Positions 30,587-39,448 of a DNA stretch of 64,000 nt are shown here, piece after piece. Under the pieces are notes generated by a model, which was not told where the DNA came from, searched no databases, and saw nothing but the letters and a program-made list of their open reading frames with translations. The DNA is from a virus, in the IMG/VR virus record IMGVR_UViG_3300005613_000044, positions 1 to 64,000 of that record. One strand, given 5' to 3'. Within the stretch, counting starts at the first letter, position 1, and each line of letters starts with the position of its first letter. Both the position numbers and the translations under genes were made by a program.

Positions 30587-30871
30587 ATGAACGTTAAAGT
30601 ATTTCGTATGAACACGGGTGAAGAAGTTATCTTTACCCTCATCAATGAAGATGAAAACACTATTGAGATTGAGAACCCACTTGTAGCAATTCCTAATGCA
30701 TCTGGACAAGTTGGTTTTGGGCCCTGGTCTATTCTTCAAAAAGATAAGACAACATTGACAATTGACAAACAATTTATTGTTTATCAATGTGATGCCAGAG
30801 ATGATGTAGTGGAGAATTATGAAAAGATTTTTTCTCCAATTGCAACACCTAATAAAAAGTTGATTCTTTGA
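30587..30871 (+). CDS. Sm-like fold hypothetical protein
   Basis: FRMNTGEEVI...ENP...FGPW. Confidence 0.55.
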   Translation: MNVKVFRMNTGEEVIFTLINEDENTIEIENPLVAIPNASGQVGFGPWSILQKDKTTLTIDKQFIVYQCDARDDVVENYEKIFSPIATPNKKLIL

Positions 30872-30872
30872 T

Positions 30873-31253
30873 ATGGAACTTAAGGATTGGTTAAACTCAA
30901 TTAATTTTACAAAGAAAAATCTTTTGGAGGAGGATCCATCTCTCAAGAAGGATTATCCTCCTTTTATTGTAAATAAATGCCTGTCAGGTCATCTTGACTG
31001 TATTCTCTTTGCTAATGAAATGAATAAGTATCATTTCTTAGATAAAGATATACAATATAATTTTTATATAAATATTCTGAGAAAGAAGAAAAGGTTCTCT
31101 CCTTGGATTCGAAAGGATAAGATCACAGATCTTGAATATGTAAAGAGTTACTATGGTTATAGTAATGAAAAAGCATCTCAGGTAATGAAAATTTTATCTC
31201 ATGAACAAATTGAATTTATAAAGAAACGACTTGACACTGGTGGAAAAAAATGA
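30873..31253 (+). CDS. gp62: Clamp loader small subunit
   Basis: YPPFIVNKCLS, ANEMN, YYGYSNEKA. Confidence 0.92.
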   Translation: MELKDWLNSINFTKKNLLEEDPSLKKDYPPFIVNKCLSGHLDCILFANEMNKYHFLDKDIQYNFYINILRKKKRFSPWIRKDKITDLEYVKSYYGYSNEKASQVMKILSHEQIEFIKKRLDTGGKK

Positions 31254-31687
31254 ATCAAACTGTTGAACCTCAGGTTAATTGGTCTCAAGAGAAAATGGTC
31301 GAGGTTAGGTTAAATGAACCTGATGATTTTCTTAAGGTCCGTGAAACACTCACAAGAATTGGTGTAGCTTCTCGTAAGGAAAAGAAACTCTATCAATCTT
31401 GCCATATCCTTCATAAACAAGGTAAGTATTATATTGTTCACTTCAAAGAACTATTTGCACTTGATGGTAAGTATGCAAATCTTACAGTGAATGATGTTCA
31501 GAGAAGAAACCGTATTACCAGACTTCTTGTTGACTGGGGTTTGATTCAAGTTGTTAAAGAAGATTTGATTCTTGATATTGCACCATTAAATCAGATTAAA
31601 GTTCTTCCTTACAGAGATAAGAGTGAGTGGAATCTGCAACAAAAGTACAACATCGGTAAGAAAGGAAAGACTCAGGAAACCGAATAA
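31250..31687 (+). CDS. regA: Translational repressor
   Basis: DDFLKVRETLTRIG, LYQSCHILHKQGKYYIVHFKELF. Confidence 0.96.
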   Translation: MNQTVEPQVNWSQEKMVEVRLNEPDDFLKVRETLTRIGVASRKEKKLYQSCHILHKQGKYYIVHFKELFALDGKYANLTVNDVQRRNRITRLLVDWGLIQVVKEDLILDIAPLNQIKVLPYRDKSEWNLQQKYNIGKKGKTQETE

Positions 31688-31737
31688 ATAATATTGCGAT
31701 CTTTTGTGCGGTCGCTTCAAAAGTCGGAAACCCATAT

Positions 31738-31772
31738 AAGATGGTGTGGTTATTACTACACCATCTTTTTTT
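31738..31772 (+). terminator. Intrinsic terminator after regA
   Basis: aagatggtgtgg...ctacaccatctt followed by a T run. Confidence 0.85.
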
Positions 31773-31793
31773 GTATCGTGTATAATTAGTATT

Positions 31794-31846
31794 GGACGCC
31801 TTCGGGGTCTACACAATCAAATCTCGCTTTAAAAGGGGAAGTAAAG
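31794..31846 (+). promoter_or_regulatory. Structured hsp20 leader, ROSE-like RNA thermometer candidate
   Basis: TGTATAAT -10 box at 31779-31786; UUCG hairpin; UCGCU pairs with the SD-like AAGGGG with a bulged G. Confidence 0.5.
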
Positions 31847-32281
31847 ATGAACAATCTTACAAGGTACAATGCTGCCAACTTGGATCAGCTACTAGACCGT
31901 ATAAATAGAAACAGTATTGGTATGGACGAATACTTTGATCGTCTGTTTAAACTACACGAAACGACATCAAATTATCCACCTTACAATCTAGTTACGGTCA
32001 GCAACTTAGAATCGAGACTAGAACTAGCACTTGCTGGATTTAAAAAAACACAAGTAAATGTCTACACACAAGACGGAAAACTCTTTGTCGAAGGACAACG
32101 AGAAGATGGAGAAACCAACACAGATTACGTCCATAGAGGAGTGGCTCAACGATCTTTCACAAGGTGCTGGACACTCAGTGACGAGACGGAAGTTAGATCA
32201 GTTAGCTTTGAGGATGGGCTTCTGAGTATTACACTCGGTAAGATTGTCCCAGAGCATCATCAAAGGAAAGATTATCTCTAA
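31847..32281 (+). CDS. hsp20: Small heat shock protein (IbpA-like)
   Basis: NYPPYN, LALAGF, HRGVAQRSF, FEDGLL. Confidence 0.95.
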   Translation: MNNLTRYNAANLDQLLDRINRNSIGMDEYFDRLFKLHETTSNYPPYNLVTVSNLESRLELALAGFKKTQVNVYTQDGKLFVEGQREDGETNTDYVHRGVAQRSFTRCWTLSDETEVRSVSFEDGLLSITLGKIVPEHHQRKDYL

Positions 32282-32302
32282 ATAAGATGTATCGTCGCCA
32301 CA

Positions 32303-32343
32303 TGGGAGATCCTGGCAAAATCCAGGAATCTCCCTATTTTTTT
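32303..32343 (+). terminator. Terminator-like hairpin after hsp20
   Basis: gggagat-cctgg-caaaat-ccagg-a-atctccc followed by a T run. Confidence 0.75.
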
Positions 32344-32382
32344 CCCTAAATATCGATGACTGGAGGCAAAGGAACTGAACTC

Positions 32383-32622
32383 ATGAGAGTAGTTTTGTAT
32401 ACGAATGGGAACCAAGAATCGGAAAGAGCTAAAAGTCTTTTTGAATCTTTGAAGTCAGATATTTTAGAATACAAATTAAATAATCATTTCAGTCAAAGGT
32501 CATTTGAATCTGAGTTTGGTGAGAATGCTGAATATCCACAAATATCAATAGGGTATACTCATATTGGCAGTTTGAAAGATACTCTTAAGTTTCTTGAAAA
32601 AAACAGTGTTTTTGTGGTATAA
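32383..32622 (+). CDS. Glutaredoxin-fold protein with no cysteine
   Basis: VVLYT...ERAK.L, YPQI.IG..HIG pattern; NQES in place of CxxC; start may be 32356. Confidence 0.6.
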   Translation: MRVVLYTNGNQESERAKSLFESLKSDILEYKLNNHFSQRSFESEFGENAEYPQISIGYTHIGSLKDTLKFLEKNSVFVV

Positions 32623-32647
32623 TACAATCGAGGAATTTTTATAAAAA

Positions 32648-32788
32648 ATGACCATAAAGAAATTTGAAAAAATTGATAAGAAAGGAAGAACCGAAGAGTG
32701 GTCTTGGGTAGAAACTCCTGAGACTTTGAAAGCTTTGGAAATCTATCATGAAGTTGTAAGACTTAATAAGGAGAAATTGGGAGAATGA
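32648..32788 (+). CDS. 46-aa hypothetical protein (not in the ORF track)
   Basis: MTIKKFEKIDKKGRTEEWSW...; GAGG SD-like site, TGGTATAAT upstream, ATGA overlap with the next gene. Confidence 0.5.
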   Translation: MTIKKFEKIDKKGRTEEWSWVETPETLKALEIYHEVVRLNKEKLGE

Positions 32789-33150
32789 CTATTAAACTTG
32801 TAATGCTTAAGTCTGGTGAAGACGTTATTGCTGATGTTAAAGAAATGACAGTTCCTGGAACTGATGGTGAAGATAAAGTAGTTGGTTATTTCTTTGGATT
32901 CCCGTGTAGAGTAAAACTCTTTGGAGATATCTCATCTGAAAGTGGAAGTCAAAATCCATTTAAGATGCAATTAGTTCCATGGGCTCCTCTCAGTCAAGAT
33001 CACTATATCCCTGTAGTATCTGATTGGATTATTGGTATGGTTGAACCAATTGAAAAACTTAAAGAAACATATGTAAAAGGATTGGAAAAGTATGAAAAAT
33101 CTAAAACTTCTAGTACTGATGAACAATCAGATTCTGATAACACAGATTGA
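32785..33150 (+). CDS. Sm-like fold hypothetical protein
   Basis: IKLVMLKSGEDVIAD...LVPWAPLS. Confidence 0.6.
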   Translation: MTIKLVMLKSGEDVIADVKEMTVPGTDGEDKVVGYFFGFPCRVKLFGDISSESGSQNPFKMQLVPWAPLSQDHYIPVVSDWIIGMVEPIEKLKETYVKGLEKYEKSKTSSTDEQSDSDNTD

Positions 33151-33349
33151 AGAAGTATCAACTGAGCTTGGAGAACCTGATTGTAAATTAGTGGAACCTT
33201 TTATTTTAAATCAATCCAATCTTTCTCTTTCTCCCTGGCTGGTTGATTATTCAACTCAAAACACATTCATGATTCATTCGGATAAGATCTTGACGATTGC
33301 AGATCCAAACAGTAAACTTAAAGACAAGTATGAAAGCCTAGTTGAATAA
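33092..33349 (+). CDS. Sm-like fold hypothetical protein
   Basis: LKLLVL....ILITQIEE...EPF...LSPWL...ILTIADP. Confidence 0.6.
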   Translation: MKNLKLLVLMNNQILITQIEEVSTELGEPDCKLVEPFILNQSNLSLSPWLVDYSTQNTFMIHSDKILTIADPNSKLKDKYESLVE

Positions 33350-34812
33350 TGCGTTATTATACGAATGTCCAGATGGTTGGTAACAACTTTTTGGTCCGTG
33401 GATATGAAAATGGGAAAAGCGTCATCTTCAAAGAGGAATTTCAACCAACTCTTTATGTGAAATCAAATAAAGAAACCGGATGGAAAACTCTTGATGGTGA
33501 GAATGTAGAACCTATTCAACCAGGTACAGTAAAGGATTGTAGAGAATTCTATAGGAAGTATGAAAATGTAGATGGATTCAAAATCTATGGTAATGAAAGG
33601 TACATCTATCAGTATATTTCTGATAAGTATCCTGAAAGTGAGATCAAGTTTGACATTAAGAAAATTAATCTTGTGACCATTGATATTGAGGTCAAATCTG
33701 AACAAGGATTCCCTGATCCGGATTCTTGTTCAGAGGAGATGCTCACTATCTCCATGCAAGATTATGCTACTAAAAAAATTAAGACTTGGGGAAGAAAACC
33801 TTATACTCCTACTCAGGATAATGTAACTTATTATCATTATGATGATGAAGTCGATATGCTTAATTCTTTCATCTATCATTGGAATAAAAATCCCCCTGAG
33901 GTTGTGACTGGTTGGAATTGTCGTCTTTATGATATTCCATATCTTTGTGGCCGTATTGATAGAATTATGGGTCAGAAGAAACTTAAACTTCTTTCACCAT
34001 GGGGGCTGGTAAGTCATGAAGAGATCTATATCTCGGGTAGAAAGTTCAATGTTTATGATATTGCTGGAACAACTACTCTTGATTATTTGGAATTGTATAA
34101 GAAGTTTACTTATACAAATCAAGAGAGTTATCGACTGGACTATATTGCTGATATTGAACTTGGCCAGAAAAAGTTGGATCACTCCGAGTTTGATACTTTC
34201 AAGGACTTCTATAACGGGAACTGGAAAAAGTTTGTAGACTACAACATTATTGACGTGGAACTTGTTGATCGTCTGGAAGACAAGTTGAGATTGATTGAAC
34301 TTGCTATTACAATGGCATATGATGGTAAGGTCAATTACACAGATGTGATGTTTCAAGTGAGATTGTGGGATACTATTATCTACAATTATTTGAAAAAGAA
34401 GAAAATTGTAGTTCCTCAAAAAGATAGAAGTGAGAAAGATTCTAAGTTTGCCGGAGCTTATGTTAAAGAACCTAAACCAGGTCTTTATGATTATGTGGTT
34501 TCTTTTGACCTTAACTCCCTATATCCTCACTTAATCATGCAATACAATATCTCACCAGAAACACTTTTGGATGAGAAACATCCAAATGTGAGTGTGGATA
34601 AACTTCTTAATGAAGAAGTTGCATTTGAGATGTATAAGGACTATGCGGTTTGTGCTAATGGTGCAATGTATAGAAAGGATGAAAGGGGATTTCTACCTGA
34701 ATTGATGGAGAAGATGTATGCTGAACGTAAGGCCTTTAAGAAGGAGATGTTGAAGAGTAAACAGAAACTAGTTGATATTGAATCGGAGATGAAGAGAAGG
34801 GGTCTTAAGTAA
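33349..34812 (+). CDS. gp43A: Family B DNA polymerase, N-terminal subunit (exonuclease plus motif A)
   Basis: TIDIE, GWN...YDIPY, YNIIDV, SFDLNSLYP; stops within the fingers domain. Confidence 0.92.
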   Translation: MRYYTNVQMVGNNFLVRGYENGKSVIFKEEFQPTLYVKSNKETGWKTLDGENVEPIQPGTVKDCREFYRKYENVDGFKIYGNERYIYQYISDKYPESEIKFDIKKINLVTIDIEVKSEQGFPDPDSCSEEMLTISMQDYATKKIKTWGRKPYTPTQDNVTYYHYDDEVDMLNSFIYHWNKNPPEVVTGWNCRLYDIPYLCGRIDRIMGQKKLKLLSPWGLVSHEEIYISGRKFNVYDIAGTTTLDYLELYKKFTYTNQESYRLDYIADIELGQKKLDHSEFDTFKDFYNGNWKKFVDYNIIDVELVDRLEDKLRLIELAITMAYDGKVNYTDVMFQVRLWDTIIYNYLKKKKIVVPQKDRSEKDSKFAGAYVKEPKPGLYDYVVSFDLNSLYPHLIMQYNISPETLLDEKHPNVSVDKLLNEEVAFEMYKDYAVCANGAMYRKDERGFLPELMEKMYAERKAFKKEMLKSKQKLVDIESEMKRRGLK

Positions 34813-35975
34813 TGGGTTATTTGATTGGTGGTGCAGGAGAAGGTGCACAAAAGGAGATAGTGGTATCAGATAAGGACTATTCTAAATTGACTGATACACA
34901 ACTTCTGAAACTTCGTGATCAGACTGTGAAAGATATTGCAAAGTTCAATAACTTTCAAATGGTTAGAAAGATTACACTGAACTCAGCTTATGGTGCGGTT
35001 GGTAATCAGTACTTCAGATATTACAAACTTGCAAATGCAGAAGCTATCACATTGAGTGGTCAGGTATCTATTCGGTGGATTGAAAACCGTATGAATGGTT
35101 ATCTAAATAATCTATTACAAACGGAGGGGATTGATTATGTCATTGCATCTGACACTGATTCAATCTATCTTAATTTTGGACCTCTTGTTAATAAATTTTT
35201 TAGTAATAAGCTTGACGATAAGAATAAGATTGTTACGATCATTGACCAGATCTGTAAGGACAAGTTGGAACCGTTCATCGATTCCTCTTATCAAAATCTT
35301 GCGTCGTATGTAAATGCATATGATCAGAAGATGCAGATGAAACGGGAGAACATTGCAGACCGTGGAATCTGGACAGCAAAGAAACGATACATTCTAAATG
35401 TCTGGGATAGTGAGGGGGTTAGATATGAAGACCCTAAACTCAAGATTATGGGTATAGAAGCCGTAAAGTCTTCTACTCCAGCTCCATGTAGGTCAATGAT
35501 TAAAGACGCTCTCAAACTTATGATGAAAGCGACTGAAGATGAATTAATTGATTTTATTGAAAATTGTAGAACAAAATTCAAAAATCTTTCTCCAGAAGAG
35601 ATTGCATTTCCTCGAATGGTTTCCGATGTAAATAAGTATAAGTCTCACTCTTCAATTTATATAAAAGGAACACCAATTCATGCTAGAGGTGCTCTTCTTT
35701 TCAATTACTATATTAAAGAGAAGAATCTTCAAAACAAATATTCCCTTATCAATAATGGTGAAAAGATTAAGTTTGTTTACCTGAAAAAAGCTAACCCTAT
35801 CAGAGAGAATGTGATTTCTTTCATCTCAGACTTTCCTGTTGAAACTGGTCTTGACAAATACATTGATTACGAACTACAATTTGAAAAGGCATTCTTAGAA
35901 CCAGTCAAGACTATTCTTGATTCTATTGGGTGGAACGTTGAAAAAACTGTAAATCTAGAATTATTTTTTGGATAA
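34812..35975 (+). CDS. gp43B: Family B DNA polymerase, C-terminal subunit (motifs B and C, thumb)
   Basis: KITLNSAYG, ASDTDS, KKRY, terminal LELFFG clamp-binding tail. Confidence 0.92.
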   Translation: MGYLIGGAGEGAQKEIVVSDKDYSKLTDTQLLKLRDQTVKDIAKFNNFQMVRKITLNSAYGAVGNQYFRYYKLANAEAITLSGQVSIRWIENRMNGYLNNLLQTEGIDYVIASDTDSIYLNFGPLVNKFFSNKLDDKNKIVTIIDQICKDKLEPFIDSSYQNLASYVNAYDQKMQMKRENIADRGIWTAKKRYILNVWDSEGVRYEDPKLKIMGIEAVKSSTPAPCRSMIKDALKLMMKATEDELIDFIENCRTKFKNLSPEEIAFPRMVSDVNKYKSHSSIYIKGTPIHARGALLFNYYIKEKNLQNKYSLINNGEKIKFVYLKKANPIRENVISFISDFPVETGLDKYIDYELQFEKAFLEPVKTILDSIGWNVEKTVNLELFFG

Positions 35976-36988
35976 TGGACTTCTTAAAAGATATTGTAAA
36001 AGAGATTGGTGATGACTATACCAAACTTGCCTCCGACATCGATGAAACCGAAACTTACGTGGACACAGGTTCGTACATTTTTAACGGACTTGTTTCAGGT
36101 AGTATATTTGGCGGTGTATCTGGGAATAAGATTACTGCCATTGCTGGTGAGTCTAGTACTGGAAAAACTTTTTTTAGCCTCGCAGTGGTTAAGAATTTTC
36201 TGGACTCTAATCCTGATGGATATTGCTTGTATTTTGATACTGAGGCAGCTGTCAATAAGTCACTCCTAGAAAATCGTGGTGTTGATTTGAATCGACTCGT
36301 TGTTGTCAATGTTGTGACGATTGAAGAGTTTCGTAGTAAAGCACTCAAGGCTGTAGATATATACTTAAAAAAACCTGAAGATGAACGTAAACCTTGTATG
36401 TTTGTGTTAGACTCTTTAGGGATGCTCTCTACAGAGAAAGAAATTACTGACGCACTGAATGACAAACAAGTTCGTGACATGACTAAATCTCAACTAGTCA
36501 AAGGTGCTTTTAGGATGTTAACTCTGAAGTTGGGTCAGGCAAACATTCCAATGATTGTAACCAATCATACCTATGATGTCATCGGTTCTTATGTTCCTAC
36601 GAAAGAAATGGGTGGAGGTAGTGGTCTCAAATATGCTGCGTCTACAATTATCTATTTGTCTAAGAAAAAGGAGAAGGATGGAACGGAAGTTATTGGAAAT
36701 CTTATCAAGGCAAAGACTGCTAAGTCACGTTTAAGTAAGGAGAATAAAGAAGTTACTATTCGTCTTTTCTATGATGAAAGAGGACTTGACAAATATTATG
36801 GTCTCTTGGAACTTGGTGAACTCGGTGGGATGTGGAAAAATGTTGCCGGACGATATGATCTTGGAGACGGAAAGAAAATTTACGCCAAGGCTATTATGAA
36901 AGATCCGGAACAATATTTCACACCAGAAGTGATGGAGAAACTGGATCAAATTGCGAGAGAGGAGTTTAGTTATGGTTCAGGTGTATGA
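35975..36988 (+). CDS. uvsX: RecA-like recombinase
   Basis: AGESSTGKT, YFDTE, VLDSLG, MGGGSGLKY. Confidence 0.95.
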   Translation: MDFLKDIVKEIGDDYTKLASDIDETETYVDTGSYIFNGLVSGSIFGGVSGNKITAIAGESSTGKTFFSLAVVKNFLDSNPDGYCLYFDTEAAVNKSLLENRGVDLNRLVVVNVVTIEEFRSKALKAVDIYLKKPEDERKPCMFVLDSLGMLSTEKEITDALNDKQVRDMTKSQLVKGAFRMLTLKLGQANIPMIVTNHTYDVIGSYVPTKEMGGGSGLKYAASTIIYLSKKKEKDGTEVIGNLIKAKTAKSRLSKENKEVTIRLFYDERGLDKYYGLLELGELGGMWKNVAGRYDLGDGKKIYAKAIMKDPEQYFTPEVMEKLDQIAREEFSYGSGV

Positions 36989-37487
36989 TAGTTTACTTCC
37001 TAAAGAAGTATGTCATTATTTGATTGAATTGATTGATAAGAGTGAGAATCAAGAGTTTGTAAATGAAGATTATAAGCCCTGTTTCACACAACTCAATATC
37101 AATAATCATCACCCAGAGGTAGTTAAATCATTAATACCTTATGTTAGAAATGTATATCAGAAATATATTGATGATACCAAAAGTAAATATCTTCCAAAAT
37201 TAAAGTTTTTGGAAGAATTTCGTATCAAAAGGTATAATGTTGGTGGAGAGGAGAGGTTTGATGAACATGTTGATGTTATAGATCACGCATCAGCTAGAAG
37301 AGTCGTTGCTTTCCTTTTCTATCTCAACGATAATGATGGATTAACAAAGTTTACCGATAGATTTGAGGTGACTCCTAAAGAAGGTAGAGTTGTTGTATTT
37401 CCACCCACTTGGGAATATCCACATTCTGGACTACCACCAAAAAATAAAACCAAGTACATCATGAGCACTTATATTCACTATGGATAA
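36972..37487 (+). CDS. 2OG-Fe(II) oxygenase
   Basis: HVD, FLFYLND, VVFPP.W.YPH, KYIMST. Confidence 0.88.
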   Translation: MVQVYDSLLPKEVCHYLIELIDKSENQEFVNEDYKPCFTQLNINNHHPEVVKSLIPYVRNVYQKYIDDTKSKYLPKLKFLEEFRIKRYNVGGEERFDEHVDVIDHASARRVVAFLFYLNDNDGLTKFTDRFEVTPKEGRVVVFPPTWEYPHSGLPPKNKTKYIMSTYIHYG

Positions 37488-38856
37488 AATCGAGTTTCTT
37501 GTTCTTAAGAATCTTTTACACAATGAGGAATATCTTCGTAAAGTTATTCCCTTTTTGAAGAGTGAATATTTTCAGGATTATAATCAAAAGATTGTCTACG
37601 AAGAAATTTTTGATTTTGTATCTCAATACAATGAAGTTCCCACAAAAGAAATTTTATCTATTGAGATTGAAAAGAGAAAGGATATTAATGAGACTTCATT
37701 CAAAGAACTTTGTCATCTTATTGATAATCTTGATGATCAACCAGTAGAATTTGAATGGTTGGTCGATACAACTGAAAAATGGTGTAGAGATAGAGCAATC
37801 TATATTGCTCTTCTCGAATCAATTTCAATCGCTGATGGTAATGTAAAAGAAAAAACTCCCGATTCTATTCCATCTATTCTTTCAGATGCTCTCGCTGTTG
37901 GTTTTGATAATCATGTTGGTCATGATTATCTTGAAGACTATGAAAATCGATTCCGAGTATATACTACCAAAGAAGAGAGAGTTGAATTTGATCTAGACTA
38001 CTTTAATAAGATCACAAAAGGTGGACTTCCAAAAAAGACATTGAATATTGCACTTGCTGGAACTGGTGTAGGTAAATCTCTTTTCATGTGTCATGTTGCA
38101 TCATCTGTATTGATGCAAGGAAAAAATGTTCTCTACATTACTATGGAAATGGCAGAGGAAAAGATTGCTGAACGTATTGACGCTAATCTCTTGAATGTAA
38201 ATATTCAAGAGATATCAGAACTTCCCAAACAAGTTTTTGAGACTAAGGTTAATAACTTAGCTAAGAAAACTCAAGGAACTCTAATTATCAAAGAATATCC
38301 AACAGCATCTGCACACAGTGGACACTTTAAGTCACTTCTCAATGAACTTGCACTTAAGAAGTCATTTAGACCTGATATTATTTTCATTGATTACCTTAAT
38401 ATTTGTGCTTCCAGCAGGTATAGGGGAAACAGCACTGTCAATTCATATAGCTATATTAAAGCTATTGCTGAAGAACTTAGAGGCCTGGCTGTCGAGTTTC
38501 AAGTTCCTATCGTATCTGCCACCCAGACCACTCGTTCTGGTTTTGGTAACTCTGATGTTGACCTTACTGACACTAGTGAGTCCTTTGGTCTCCCTGCTAC
38601 TGCTGATCTTATGTTTGCCCTTATTTCGACTGATGAGCTCGAGTCCTTGGGACAGATACTTGTAAAACAATTGAAGAATCGTTATAATGACCCCACAACA
38701 TATAAAAGATTTGTAATCGGTATTGATCGAGCAAAGATGAGATTATATGATTGTGAACAGTCTGCTCAAGAAGATCTTCTTGACAATAAGAAGGAAGAGG
38801 AGTATTCTTATGAAGAGCAAAAACCTAAAAAATCATTTGAGGGATTTAAATTCTAA
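37480..38856 (+). CDS. gp41: Replicative helicase
   Basis: AGTGVGKS, IFIDYL, SATQTTR, KQLKNRY. Confidence 0.96.
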   Translation: MDKIEFLVLKNLLHNEEYLRKVIPFLKSEYFQDYNQKIVYEEIFDFVSQYNEVPTKEILSIEIEKRKDINETSFKELCHLIDNLDDQPVEFEWLVDTTEKWCRDRAIYIALLESISIADGNVKEKTPDSIPSILSDALAVGFDNHVGHDYLEDYENRFRVYTTKEERVEFDLDYFNKITKGGLPKKTLNIALAGTGVGKSLFMCHVASSVLMQGKNVLYITMEMAEEKIAERIDANLLNVNIQEISELPKQVFETKVNNLAKKTQGTLIIKEYPTASAHSGHFKSLLNELALKKSFRPDIIFIDYLNICASSRYRGNSTVNSYSYIKAIAEELRGLAVEFQVPIVSATQTTRSGFGNSDVDLTDTSESFGLPATADLMFALISTDELESLGQILVKQLKNRYNDPTTYKRFVIGIDRAKMRLYDCEQSAQEDLLDNKKEEEYSYEEQKPKKSFEGFKF

Positions 38857-39263
38857 TGAGTAATGTTGACACACAAAAATACGTTGAGTTTGTCGATGCG
38901 GTCACGTCTCAACCATCGAAAAATCACGAAGCATTTATCTATCGTCTTCAAGAACTTGAAGGTCAAGGATTTCCTACCGAGCGACTGCTTACTGCTGCTG
39001 TAGGAATGTCCGCGGAAGCAGGTGAGTTTACTGAAATTATCAAAAAGATGATTTTCCAAGGCAAACCTGTAACTGAAGAAAATCTGTTTCATTTGAAGCG
39101 TGAGCTGGGTGACATCATGTGGTATGTTGCTCAGGCATGTATTGGACTGAATATTAGTCTTGATGAAGTACTCGTTATGAATGTAGAGAAACTCTCTGCT
39201 CGTTATCCTGAAGGAACATTTGACGTTTACTTCTCCGAAAATCGTAAGGAGGGAGACCTGTGA
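38856..39263 (+). CDS. mazG: MazG-family pyrophosphatase
   Basis: EAGEFTEIIKK, RELGDIMWY, NVEKLSARYP. Confidence 0.92.
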   Translation: MSNVDTQKYVEFVDAVTSQPSKNHEAFIYRLQELEGQGFPTERLLTAAVGMSAEAGEFTEIIKKMIFQGKPVTEENLFHLKRELGDIMWYVAQACIGLNISLDEVLVMNVEKLSARYPEGTFDVYFSENRKEGDL

Positions 39264-39448
39264 ATAAAGAACAAAAAGTAACACTAGAAATGTCTGTATA
39301 TCAGGCAGCTGCAATTCGTGAATCATTATTTCAAGACACAAAGGGATATACATACGATGTAACTTGTGTTCCGGAAAGAGTTGTTCAAATTCGTGAAGCA
39401 ATTGTTAGTATCGATAATCAACTTGAAGAGATTTTTAAAGAGGACTAA
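39260..39448 (+). CDS. Hypothetical protein
   Basis: ORF coupled to neighbours on both sides. Confidence 0.6.
   Translation: MNKEQKVTLEMSVYQAAAIRESLFQDTKGYTYDVTCVPERVVQIREAIVSIDNQLEEIFKED

Noticed and set aside
34740-34930. Split intein, intron or simple sequencing frameshift in gp43
   Set aside because: No intein Cys/His-Asn termini or intron-sized spacer; a clean TAATG coupling with an SD-like site favours a real split, though reads were not available
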